Source: an uncultured bacterium
GTDB lineage: Bacteria; Omnitrophota; Omnitrophia; Omnitrophales; Abzuiibacteriaceae
Assembly (NCBI GenBank): GCA_964387845.1
Contig: CAYLXA010000005.1
Span: 128,001 to 192,000, forward strand
Direction: 5' to 3'
Length of the DNA: 64,000 nucleotides
Shown: positions 8,425 through 18,200 of the stretch, piece after piece
Numbering within the stretch: the first letter of the stretch is position 1
How the letters are laid out: each line of letters starts with the position of its first letter
Notes under the pieces: model-generated
The model's database searches: none
What the model was told of the DNA's origin: nothing
Seen by the model: the letters and a program-made list of their open reading frames with translations, nothing else
Made by a program: the position numbers and the translations under genes

Positions 8425-9540
8425 ATGAGGCAAATATTCATAGTAGTGGCAGGAGGCAATGCTGCTGCTGATCGTCACTTCGAAGATACAATCCAACGTA
8501 AACGTACCTTAGATGAAGTGCGGCAATTTCTATCTTCCCAAGAAATTCATGAGATCGAATCAGTTTATCATACAGCACCTTTTATTGTCTGGGGCGCTAT
8601 TCCCGGCCCAATGAATATTCCGCGTTGGCAAAGTATGCGTGTTGGCGATATTGTTTTGATTTACACAAGAGGACATATCCGATTAATTGGCGAAGTGGCA
8701 TCAAAAGTAAGAAGTAATTCGTTGGCTCGCTATTTTTGGAAAGAAACACCCGAAAACAAAACCTGGGAATTGATTTATTTTATTGTAAATGAACAAAGGG
8801 TAAATATACCGATGCCTTTATTAAATGAAGCGCTTGGTTATAGCGCAAGTTACTCTCCGAGGGGATTTAGTTCTGTCGATTCTGATAAGGTCAAATCATT
8901 CGTTAATCGTTATGGCGATATATTCGAAGGGCTTAAAACACTCAGTAAAGGCGAGAAACTAATCGAAATTTCGCCAGCGAAAAAGTTAGAAGTCCAACAG
9001 GTTGAAGAAAAGATTGAACAATCATCGAATGAGCATGACGAAATGCAATGGCGGTTAATTAGATTGGGCAAATTGTCAAGGTACGATGTTTGGGTTCCCA
9101 GAAATGATCAAGGGCACAGCTTTGGAGGTCAACGATTTCGGGATTTTGTGTTGCCGGAATTCCACGAGAGTTTAGATGTTCCACCCAGTATTAAAAATAT
9201 CGATGTCGTGTGGAAATTTGGTCCTTATTCGATCACATCTGCATTTGAAGTCGAACATTCAACATCCGTTTATTCAGGAATTTTAAGGCTTTCGGATCTG
9301 AGAACCGAAACACCGAATTCACAATACCCACTTTTTATTGTTGCTGACGAAGCAAGAAAGCGGAAGGTATTTTCGGAACTTGCGCGCCCCACTTTCTCAA
9401 ATCCCTTTTTGCGACTTCACGAAGTAATACGATTTTTGAGTTACGAAAGAATCAGGGACATTGATGAAAAGTATAAGCAAGAACCTGAATTTGAACCGCA
9501 AATACTCTTTACTGCCGGAGAAACTTTCGAGAAAAATTAA
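8425..9540 (+). CDS. hypothetical protein with EVE/PUA-like N-terminal domain and putative PD-(D/E)xK-like C-terminal nuclease domain (candidate modification-dependent restriction enzyme)
   Basis: VGDIVLIYTRGHIRLIGEVASKV resembles EVE core (VGDLVFFYHS..IVGIAEV); C-terminal DVWVP...IDVVWKFGP...AFEVEHS pattern. Confidence 0.4.
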   Translation: MRQIFIVVAGGNAAADRHFEDTIQRKRTLDEVRQFLSSQEIHEIESVYHTAPFIVWGAIPGPMNIPRWQSMRVGDIVLIYTRGHIRLIGEVASKVRSNSLARYFWKETPENKTWELIYFIVNEQRVNIPMPLLNEALGYSASYSPRGFSSVDSDKVKSFVNRYGDIFEGLKTLSKGEKLIEISPAKKLEVQQVEEKIEQSSNEHDEMQWRLIRLGKLSRYDVWVPRNDQGHSFGGQRFRDFVLPEFHESLDVPPSIKNIDVVWKFGPYSITSAFEVEHSTSVYSGILRLSDLRTETPNSQYPLFIVADEARKRKVFSELARPTFSNPFLRLHEVIRFLSYERIRDIDEKYKQEPEFEPQILFTAGETFEKN

Positions 9541-9729
9541 CAAATCGAGGATCTTATCATGATTAAATCAAGAAAATTGAAGGCTGATCTAACCCAGTTA
9601 TTAAATTATCTTTGGCATGACGAGAGAAAACATTATTTGGAGCGGCGAAACAAGAATCATATTTATTTAACAATTCGCAGATTGGCAAAAGAAATTAGTT
9701 ATAAGCCGTAAATCGAACGCGTCTCGACG

Positions 9730-9840
9730 ATGTGCGGAAGATATTCATTAACCCTCGATAAAAAGAAACTCCTCGCGGAATTCGCGCCCGAGCCCCGCGC
9801 CCACAAATTTCTTGATTTCCATTATAGGGGTAAGGATTAA
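9730..9840 (+). pseudogene. 5' fragment of a SRAP (YedK/HMCES, DUF159) gene: MCGRYSLTLDKKKLLAEFAPEPRAHKFLDFH then out-of-family tail and stop
   Basis: MCGR N-terminus with catalytic Cys2 is the SRAP hallmark; only ~31 family-like codons. Confidence 0.55.
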
Positions 9841-9862
9841 GGGGTAAGTCGTAAGTTTTAAG
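9827..9862. repeat. heptamer half-element GGGGTAA GGATTAA GGGGTAA GTCGTAA GTTTTAA, inverted partner of 3648-3667
   Basis: 7-nt periodicity; reverse complement of 3648-3667 motif. Confidence 0.5.
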
Positions 9863-9936
9863 TAGAATTATGCTGATAGTCATACCCCATCCCTCCTAAA
9901 CATTCCCCTTGAACATGTTGTAGTTATGTACTACAA

Positions 9937-10533
9937 TTGTTGTACATCATGACAACAAGTTTAATCTTTCAGCTCCAGCAAACCAAGTCGCCGCTCAGGA
10001 AGAAGCTTTTATCGTACTTCTTCACGAATCCCGGGGCGAAGCTCTATCTCAGAGATATCGCGCTCAAACTCCATGTCGATCCCGCGAATCTTTCGCGCGA
10101 GCTCAAGCGGCTCACCGATGAAAGTGTTTTTGTTGCCCAGAAGCAGGGTAATCTCAAATATTTCTCTTTGAATCCAAAGCACGCCTTATATGAAGAATTT
10201 AAGTCCATGATTTTTAAGACCATCGGCGCTCAAGGCGCGATTGAAAACCTGTTAAGTAAAATCCCGGGAATTAAACGCGCTTTTATTTATGGTTCGTTTG
10301 CCAAAAATACGGAGCGTGCGGATTCCGATATCGACCTTTGTATGATCATCCAAAAAAAAGAATTCAAAGAAAATCCTTTCCTTGAGGGAATTCATAAACT
10401 CGAAGGTGAACTTGGCAGGGAAATCAATTATACTTTCTTTACCGACGAAGAATGGCAGTCCAAGCAGCGATCTAAAGATAGCTTTGTCACCGGAATTCTT
10501 AAGAATAAAAAAATCGATCTCATGCATATATGA
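9937..10533 (+). CDS. minimal nucleotidyltransferase (MNT) with N-terminal winged-HTH, antitoxin-like partner of HEPN
   Basis: AFIYGSFAKNTERADSDIDLCMI NTase motif; wHTH N-terminus; ATGA overlap with next gene. Confidence 0.75.
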   Translation: MLYIMTTSLIFQLQQTKSPLRKKLLSYFFTNPGAKLYLRDIALKLHVDPANLSRELKRLTDESVFVAQKQGNLKYFSLNPKHALYEEFKSMIFKTIGAQGAIENLLSKIPGIKRAFIYGSFAKNTERADSDIDLCMIIQKKEFKENPFLEGIHKLEGELGREINYTFFTDEEWQSKQRSKDSFVTGILKNKKIDLMHI

Positions 10534-10994
10534 AAAAAATTGATCTTCAAGATTTAATTCAAGAAGGGCAGCTTCAAGAAGAGCCAGGTATCGGCTGGGA
10601 CCAGGTGGAGCGTTTAATTAAACGGGCATTTGAAGATTTGAAATCAGCCGACCGGAACATGTCCTTTGATGAGCCGGGCGCGATGGATTTTATCTATAAG
10701 GCGATGTTTCATGCTGGGAACGCTTTGATTCGTTCATATGGGTTTAGGCCGGGCGCTACCAGACAGCATCAAGGTGTGATTACGGCAGTTGGGCGGATCT
10801 TGGGCGTTGAATCAAAGGCGCTGATTCTGAAATTTGATAAACTCAGGAAACGCCGCAATGAGTTTGAATATCAGGGCATTTTTGCGATGGGAAGAGAAGA
10901 GTTGAAAGATTCCATCGAACAAGCCAAACAATTGGTTGGCGTGATACGAAAAGCACTCGAAGATTCTCATCCACAAAAGCAGTTTAAATGGTAA
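10530..10994 (+). CDS. HEPN-domain protein (putative toxin of MNT-HEPN pair)
   Basis: 154 aa helical protein with KRRNEFEY R-x4-6-H-like motif; genetic coupling to MNT. Confidence 0.55.
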   Translation: MKKIDLQDLIQEGQLQEEPGIGWDQVERLIKRAFEDLKSADRNMSFDEPGAMDFIYKAMFHAGNALIRSYGFRPGATRQHQGVITAVGRILGVESKALILKFDKLRKRRNEFEYQGIFAMGREELKDSIEQAKQLVGVIRKALEDSHPQKQFKW

Positions 10995-11024
10995 GCGAAG
11001 ACCATAAAGACGGCGCCGGGCACC

Positions 11025-11107
11025 TGCTACTCATTAACACTCGATAAAAAGAAGCTCCTCGCGGAATTCGCGACGAACCCCGCGCCCACAAATTTCTTGA
11101 TCTCCAT
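11025..11107 (+). pseudogene. second SRAP 5' fragment (CYSLTLDKKKLLAEFATNPAPTNFLISI), start codon lost
   Basis: ~77-bp direct repeat of 9745-9823 at ~90% identity. Confidence 0.5.
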
Positions 11108-11315
11108 CAAAGTTATATATACTATTCACCATAGTAAATAAGCATTAACCCCCTCCTCGCTCAAAGTATTAAATTCTCCAAGCTTCCTCCACATAAAGTC
11201 TCTTTTTTCACTTGCGCTTTATGCGCAAGTACCATCTCTCGAGGCTCAAAGTTAGCCTCGTATTGCTAGGCCGCGTAAACTATGGTTGACACTGTGTAGC
11301 ATATAGGGTACACTT

Positions 11316-11645
11316 ATGATGACTTGGAAAATTTTGCATTACCGGAGGCGCGACGGAAGGATTCCTTTCCAAGAATGGTTTTCCGAATTTTACGATGCTC
11401 GGGTTTGCGCTAGAATTCAATCACGGATTCACAGGTTAGAGCGTGGTAACTTTGGAGATTCAAAGAGCGTAGGTGATGGGCTCTTCGAGTTACGATTTCA
11501 CTTTGGGCCCGGCTATCGCATTTATTATGGAATTCGTCACGGCCGGATTGTTATTTTGCTTTGCGGGGGCGACAAAAGTAGTCAGCAAAAAGATATTCAA
11601 ATAGCAAACGTATATTGGCAGGATTATTTGGAGAGTCAACTATGA
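11316..11645 (+). CDS. RelE/ParE-superfamily addiction-module killer protein (HigB-like, Gp49 family)
   Basis: GDGLFELRFHFGPGYRIYYG...ILLCGGDKSSQQKDI signature. Confidence 0.75.
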   Translation: MMTWKILHYRRRDGRIPFQEWFSEFYDARVCARIQSRIHRLERGNFGDSKSVGDGLFELRFHFGPGYRIYYGIRHGRIVILLCGGDKSSQQKDIQIANVYWQDYLESQL

Positions 11646-11953
11646 GACGATATAAACCGTATGTAGATCATCAGGAATGGTTGTTGAAATCATTAAAGGA
11701 TCCTGAGATGGCTTCTGAATATCTAAATGCCGTGCTAGAAGAGGGTGATAAGCAATTATTTTTGATGGCACTCAAAAATGTGGTGGACGCGCAAGGTGGG
11801 ATGACAAAGATGTCGGATAAATCTAAAATCAATCGTGTGAGCCTTTACAAAATGCTCTCAAAGAACGGAAACCCCGGCTTTGAAAATATTTTGAGATTAC
11901 TTCAAATTGCCGGCATTCGTTTTCGGGTGACACCGCAATCTCGTAGGAAATAA
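11642..11953 (+). CDS. addiction-module antidote protein (HigA-like HTH)
   Basis: FLMALKNVVDAQGGMTKMSDKSKINRVSLYKMLSKNGNPGFENILRLLQIAGIRF matches antidote family; start at ATG 11642 overlapping toxin stop. Confidence 0.7.
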   Translation: MRRYKPYVDHQEWLLKSLKDPEMASEYLNAVLEEGDKQLFLMALKNVVDAQGGMTKMSDKSKINRVSLYKMLSKNGNPGFENILRLLQIAGIRFRVTPQSRRK

Positions 11954-12154
11954 TTGCTGCACACTCACGCTTGATGCGTGAGTGCTAAATCCGTAGAGAA
12001 ACCACAAGTTTCTCACGGATAATACTTGCACATAGGTGCAAGTGCATCCGCGCGGCGTGGTTGACAATCCACACCTAATTCTGTATGATACTTCATCGGT
12101 GCACGAAGTATTGAATTACAGATGTAAAACCCACCGATTAGTTCAATTAATCCA

Positions 12155-12280
12155 AGTAAAAATTCAAAATCTAAATATCAAAATTCAAAACAATTATTAA
12201 ATTCCAAATTCAAAACGTTTTGAAATTTAATATTTGTAATTTGAATTTGTTTTATGTTTTGATATTTGAATTTTGAAATT
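12155..12280. repeat. long AT-rich imperfect palindrome (CAAAAT/ATTTTG-rich arms centred on CAAAACGTTTTG) immediately upstream of guaB-like RBS
   Basis: read directly; ~60-nt arms. Confidence 0.55.
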
Positions 12281-12297
12281 ATATTTGAGGAGCAAAA

Positions 12298-13458
12298 ATG
12301 AGCGAGTGGATCGGACGAGATAGAAAAGCAAGGCGTGCATACGGTTTTGATGAAATTGCGTTGTCCCCCGGAAATCTGACCATTAATCCCGACGAAGTTG
12401 ACATCAGTTTTTATATCGATAAAAAGAAATTCGAAATTCCGTTTATTGCCTCCGCGATGGACGGTGTGGTGGATCCTAAGTTCGCGGTCGCGATGGGCAA
12501 AATGGGCGGCCTCGCGGTGCTTAATCTCGAAGGCATCTACACCCGCTACGACAATTATCAAGAAATCTTAGACGATATTGCCAAAGCCACGCCTGAAAAA
12601 GCCACTGAGCTGGTTCAGAAACTCTACGTGGAACCGGTCAAAGAAAAACTAATCTCAAAACGCATTCAGGAAATCAAGAAAGCCAAAGTACCTGCCGCTG
12701 TGAGTTCCATTCCGCAAAAAGCGGAGAAGTACGGCAAAATCGCCGAAGAAGCCGGCTGTGATGTGTTTGTGGTTCAATCGACCGTCACCACGGTTCGCCA
12801 CATCGCGAAAGCGTACAAAACCCTCGAATTCGAAAAGTTCTGCAAAGCGATGAAGATTCCCGTCATTCTCGGAAATTCCGTGACGTATCAAGTGGCGGTT
12901 GAACTCATGACGGCCGGCGCGGACGGACTCTTAGTCGGCATCGGTCCGGGATCGGCTTGCACGACCCGCGGCGTGTTGGGCCTCGGTGTTCCGCAGGTGA
13001 CCGCGATTTGTGATTCCGCAGCCGCGCGCGAATTTTATTACAAAAAGTCAGGACGCTACGTTCCGATCATCGCAGACGGCGGTATGTCCACGGGCGGCGA
13101 TATTTGCAAAGCATTCGCTTGCGGATCTGATGCCGTGATGGTGGGTTCCGCTTTTGCCCGCGCCAAGGAAGCGCCGGGGAAGGGATTCCATTGGGGCATG
13201 GCCACACCGCACGCCAATTTGCCGCGCGGCACACGCATTCGCGTCGGCACGACGGGAACTTTGCAGGAAATTATGTTCGGCCCCGCGAAATTGGATGACG
13301 GCACGCAAAATTTAGTCGGCGCACTTAAAACCTGCATGGGCAACATCGGCGCCCGCACGGTCAAGGAAATGCAAATGGCCGAAATCGTGATTGCGCCTGC
13401 GATTAAAACGGAAGGAAAGCTCTTTCAAGCGGCTCAAAAAGTTGGAATGATGAAATAA
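12298..13458 (+). CDS. IMP dehydrogenase/GMP reductase-family protein lacking CBS subdomain (GuaB-like)
   Basis: catalytic loop [20 protein letters not shown]; 386 aa, no CBS pair. Confidence 0.8.
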   Translation: MSEWIGRDRKARRAYGFDEIALSPGNLTINPDEVDISFYIDKKKFEIPFIASAMDGVVDPKFAVAMGKMGGLAVLNLEGIYTRYDNYQEILDDIAKATPEKATELVQKLYVEPVKEKLISKRIQEIKKAKVPAAVSSIPQKAEKYGKIAEEAGCDVFVVQSTVTTVRHIAKAYKTLEFEKFCKAMKIPVILGNSVTYQVAVELMTAGADGLLVGIGPGSACTTRGVLGLGVPQVTAICDSAAAREFYYKKSGRYVPIIADGGMSTGGDICKAFACGSDAVMVGSAFARAKEAPGKGFHWGMATPHANLPRGTRIRVGTTGTLQEIMFGPAKLDDGTQNLVGALKTCMGNIGARTVKEMQMAEIVIAPAIKTEGKLFQAAQKVGMMK

Positions 13459-13468
13459 CTTAATATTC

Positions 13469-13543
13469 GGGCTTCATGCTGCATGCTACAAGTTACAAGC
13501 TGCAGGTTTGAAGCTTGGAGCCTGAAGCCTGTAGCTTTGAAAC
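13469..13543. repeat. heptamer-periodic palindromic element (CATGCTG CATGCTA CAAGTTA CAAGCTG / TTTGAAG CTTGGAG CCTGAAG CCTGTAG), family A
   Basis: read directly. Confidence 0.6.
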
Positions 13544-13544
13544 T

Positions 13545-15101
13545 ATGAACCAAGACGTCTGTTTAATTCTCGATTTTGGCTCGCAATACACCCAATTGAT
13601 TGCACGCCGCGTCCGCGAGAAAAAAGTTTTTTCGGCCATTCATCCTTACCACATTCCGTTCAGTAAAATCCTGGAAATCAATCCCAAAGCCATTATCCTC
13701 TCCGGTTCGCCGTCCAATGTCTACGCCAAACACGCACCGATTTCGGATAAACGGATTTTCTCACTCGGTGTTCCGATCCTGGGGATTTGTTACGGCCTGC
13801 AGCTCACCGCGCACGTCCTTAAAGGGCGCGTCAAGAAAGTTAAGCACCGCGAATATGGTTACGCCGATCTCGTGATCAACAAGCCGGGTGAATTGTTTGC
13901 GGGGCTTCCCAAAAAGTTTCACTGCTGGATGAGCCACGGCGATCAAGTCACCAAACTTCCGCAAGGATTTGAACGGCTCGCGCACACACGAACTTCAAGT
14001 GTCGCGAGTTTTGGAAACACAAAAGCCAAAATTTACGGCGTTCAGTTTCACCCGGAAGTCGTTCACACGCCGCTCGGCCACAAAATCATCGCGAACTTCC
14101 TATTCAAAGTCGCAAAATTCCGCGGCAATTGGTCGCCCAAGTCATTTATTAATGAAACCATCAAAGATATCCGCCGCAAAGTCGGAAAGGACAAAGTCGT
14201 TCTCGGGCTTTCGGGCGGCGTGGATTCATCCGTGGCCGGTGTGTTGATTCACAAAGCGATCAAGCATCAGCTGACCTGTATTTTCGTGGACAACGGTTTG
14301 CTCAGAAGAGGCGAGCGACGGCAAGTCGAAGAAGAATTCCGGAAACATTTTCATATGAACCTGCGTGTGATCGATGCGACGAATGAATTTCTGAATGCGC
14401 TGCGCGGCGTGACGGACCCCGAGAAAAAACGCAAAATCATCGGCGGACTCTTCATCAAGGTTTTCGAAAGGGAAGCCAAAAAACTCGGTAAAGTGAAGTT
14501 TCTGGCGCAAGGCACGCTTTATCCCGATGTGGTGGAATCGGTTTCGGCTCATGGCGGCCCGACGGCCGTGATCAAATCACATCACAACGTGGGTGGTCTT
14601 CCGAAGCGGATGAAATTTCAATTGCTCGAGCCCTTGCGTGATTTATTCAAAGACGAAGTCCGCGCGGTCGGCAGAACGCTTGGCATTAAATCGCAGTTTG
14701 TGGATCGCCACCCGTTTCCGGGCCCGGGTCTTGCGGTCAGGATTCTAGGCGAAATCACGCGCGAGCGGCTTTATTTGGTGCGCGAAGCCAATTGGATCAT
14801 GCTCGAAGAATTGATGAAGAATAAAGACAAAAACGGCAGATATTACGACCAGGTTTGGCAGGCCTTTGCAGTTTTGCTGCCGGTTAAAAGTGTCGGCGTT
14901 ATGGGCGATGAGAGAACGTATCAATACGTGACTTCTTTACGCGCGGTGGTCTCGGAAGACGGCATGACGGCCGACTGGGCGCGGCTTCCGGATTGGCTCC
15001 TCGCCAAGATTTCAAGCCGCATCATAAATGAGGTGAACGGCATCAACCGCGTGTGCTACGATATCAGCTCGAAGCCGCCCGCTACCATCGAATGGGAATA
15101 A
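13545..15101 (+). CDS. guaA: glutamine-hydrolysing GMP synthase
   Basis: GATase LILDFGSQYTQLIARRVRE, ATP-PPase SGGVDSSV. Confidence 0.9.
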   Translation: MNQDVCLILDFGSQYTQLIARRVREKKVFSAIHPYHIPFSKILEINPKAIILSGSPSNVYAKHAPISDKRIFSLGVPILGICYGLQLTAHVLKGRVKKVKHREYGYADLVINKPGELFAGLPKKFHCWMSHGDQVTKLPQGFERLAHTRTSSVASFGNTKAKIYGVQFHPEVVHTPLGHKIIANFLFKVAKFRGNWSPKSFINETIKDIRRKVGKDKVVLGLSGGVDSSVAGVLIHKAIKHQLTCIFVDNGLLRRGERRQVEEEFRKHFHMNLRVIDATNEFLNALRGVTDPEKKRKIIGGLFIKVFEREAKKLGKVKFLAQGTLYPDVVESVSAHGGPTAVIKSHHNVGGLPKRMKFQLLEPLRDLFKDEVRAVGRTLGIKSQFVDRHPFPGPGLAVRILGEITRERLYLVREANWIMLEELMKNKDKNGRYYDQVWQAFAVLLPVKSVGVMGDERTYQYVTSLRAVVSEDGMTADWARLPDWLLAKISSRIINEVNGINRVCYDISSKPPATIEWE

Positions 15102-15231
15102 AGTTTAGCGGTTAGCGAATAGCGTTTAGCGCATAGAAAAACAAACGAGACCATTTTTGTGAGAACTCATTTTTATTCTTTTCATTTTGTTTTTTCAGTT
15201 ATACGCTATCCGCTAGACGCTATACGCTAAT
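15102..15231. repeat. heptamer hairpin element, family B: TTTAGCG GTTAGCG AATAGCG TTTAGCG ...65-nt spacer... TATACGC TATCCGC TAGACGC TATACGC
   Basis: read directly. Confidence 0.6.
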
Positions 15232-15235
15232 AGTT

Positions 15236-18200
15236 ATGGATCATCATTCTGATTTTGTCCATCTGCATTGCCACACGCAGTATTCGCTTTTAGACGCTGC
15301 TTCCAAAGTCGAAGAGCTCGTGAAGCGCGCGGCCGACCTCAAATTTCCCGCGCTTGCGATGACCGATCACGGCAATTTGTTTGGCGCGATCGAATTTTAC
15401 GAAAAAGCCATGAAGGCGGGCGTCAAACCCATCATCGGCATGGAAGCCTACATCGCGCCGCGCTCACGCTTCGATAAATCCGCGCACGGCGTCAAAGAAG
15501 CATCGTTTCACATCACTCTGCTCGTTAAAAACGAAGTCGGCTACCGCAATCTTCTCAAATTATCTTCCGCGGCGTACCTCGAAGGTTTTTACTATCGCCC
15601 CCGGATCGATAAAGAAATTCTCAAGAAACACTCAGAAGGCCTGATCGCGCTTTCCGGATGCCTCAAAGGCGAAGTGCCGTACTATTTATGGAATGACCAG
15701 CCGCAGGAATCCAAACGCGCCATCAAGGAATTTATCGATATTTTCGGCCGTGACGATTTTTACTTGGAATGCATGAATCAGGGCATTGAGCAGCAGCGCC
15801 GCGTGGTGAATGAATACCTGAAACTCTCCAAAGAATTCAAGCTCAAGATGGTGGCGACGAATGATTGCCATTACATTTATCAGAAAGATGCGCAATCGCA
15901 CGACGCCTTGATTTGTATCGGTACGGGGTCGCTTATTTCCGATGAGGACCGTATGCGTTATCACGGCGATAACTTTTATTTGAAATCCGCGGATGAAATG
16001 AAGGAGCTCTTCAAAGAGTTGCCGGAAGCTGTTTTGGAAACGCGCGCCATTGCGGATAAATGTAACTTGGAACTCGATTTCTCAAAAACGCACTTGCCGG
16101 CTTTTAAACCACCGGCAGGGCAATCGCAAAAGGAATATTTGCGTTCACTTTGCTTTAAATTGCTCGCTAACCGGTTTTCCGGCGAAATTCCGAAGCAATA
16201 CGACGAGCGGCTCCGTTTTGAGCTGGCGCTTATCGAAAAAATGGGGTTCGTCAGTTACTTTCTCGTCGTGTGGGATTTTATCCGCTTCGCGAAGGAAAAA
16301 AAGATTCCGGTCGGGCCGGGACGCGGTTCGGCGGCCGGCAGTTTGGTGGCTTACGCACTCGGCATCACGAATTTGGATCCCATCGAACACGGCCTCATTT
16401 TTGAACGTTTCCTCAATCCAGAACGTATTTCGATGCCGGATATCGATATCGACTTTTGTTATGAACGCCGCGACGAAGTGATTGCCTACGTGCGCGAAAA
16501 ATACGGCGAAGAGAGCGTTGCGCAAATCATCACGTTCGGAACGATGGCGGCACGCGCCGCACTGCGCGATGTGGGACGTGTGATGGGCCTCAGTTATCAA
16601 GATGTCGATAAAATCGCGAAAATGGTGCCGATACAGCTTGATATGACACTCGAAACCGCGCTTGAAGTCGAGCCGCGCATGAAGCAGCTTGCCAAATCCG
16701 ACCCGCAAGTCGGTCAACTTATCGAAACCTCGAAAGCCTTGGAAGGCCTTGCACGCCATGCTTCTACGCACGCGGCCGGTGTTGTGATCTCGGAAGGGCC
16801 TCTGTCGGATCATTGCCCGCTTTTTAAAGCGGATGATGTGATCACAACGCAATACGACATGAAAGCCGTCGAGAAAATCGGCCTTCTCAAAATGGACTTT
16901 TTGGGATTGCGCACGCTGACCGTGATTGACGAAGCAGTGCGGCTGATTGAAAAAACACGCGGCGTGAAAATCGAAATCGATTCACTCAAGCTCGAAGATA
17001 AAGCGACTTATGAATTGCTCGGCCACGGCGAATCCATCGGCGTGTTCCAGCTTGAAAGTTCGGGCATGCGCGACCTGCTGAAAAAAATGAAACCGAAAGT
17101 ATTTGGCGACATTGTGGCTTTGCTTGCGCTTTATCGTCCGGGGCCTTTGGGCAGCGGCATGGTCGATGATTTTATTCAGCGCATGCACAACCCCAAGCTC
17201 ATCAAGTATGACCACCCGGCCTTGGAGCCCATTTTGCGTGAAACGTACGGCATTATTTTGTATCAAGAGCAGGTCATGCAGATTGTGAGCACGCTCGCGG
17301 GATTCTCGATGGCAAAAGCCGATTCCTTAAGGCGCGCGATGGGTAAGAAAATCCCGGAAATCATGGAAAAGGAAAAAGAATCATTCCTGAAAGGCGCCGG
17401 CGACAACGGTATTCAGCCGCGCATTGCGGAAAAAATTTGGAACCTGATCGAATATTTCTCAGGGTACGGCTTCAATAAATCACATTCGACCGCCTACGCC
17501 TACATTTCCTATCAGACAGCTTATTTGAAAGCAAACTATACTGTCGAATTCATGACCGCGCTGCTCACGTCGGAAAAAGACAACACGGACAAAATCGTCC
17601 GCTACATTGACGAATCCAAGCGGCTCGGCCTTCAGGTGACGCCGCCTTCTATTAATGAAAGCTTCTCTGTCTTTACCTGTGTCGGAAATGTGATTTGCTT
17701 CGGGCTTTCGGCGGTGAAAAATGTGGGCACGACGGCGGTGGAGTCTATCATCGAAACCCGCAGCGAGAAGGGGAAGTTCAAGTCGCTTGTCGATTTTGTG
17801 GAACGCGTGGATCTGCGCGTCTGCAACCGGAAAGTGCTTGAAAGCTTGATTAAATGCGGCGCTTTTGACGGTTTCAAATTAAAACGCTCACAAATGATGG
17901 CGATGGTGGACCGTCTTTTGGAAATCGGTGCTAAAACGCAGAAGGACCGGTCAAAAGGTCAACTCTCACTTCTTGATCAGTTGGATTCAAGCGACGGTTT
18001 CAAAGAACATATGCATGACGCGCCCGACATTGAAGAATGGCCGGAAAATGAATTGCTCGCGCACGAACGTGAAATGCTCGGGTTTTTCGTGAGCACACAT
18101 CCTTTGGCACGTTTCGAGAATGTGTTGAAAACTTATGCGTCAACGACCACGGCGAACTTAAATGACTTGAGCGACCAAGCCGGTGTTTCAATGGGCGGCA

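Noticed and set aside
9745-11107. The ~77-bp repeats flanking MNT-HEPN as integron attC sites
   Set aside because: They are direct repeats, not imperfect inverted repeats. They correspond to the 5' coding end of a SRAP gene, and no intI is present.
12178-12561. 127-aa minus-strand ORF
   Set aside because: It spans the AT-rich palindrome and the 5' end of the guaB-like gene, and is low-complexity translation of repeat DNA.
16145-16852. 235-aa minus-strand ORF
   Set aside because: It lies entirely antisense within dnaE, which has full-length homology. It is a GC-rich antisense artefact.
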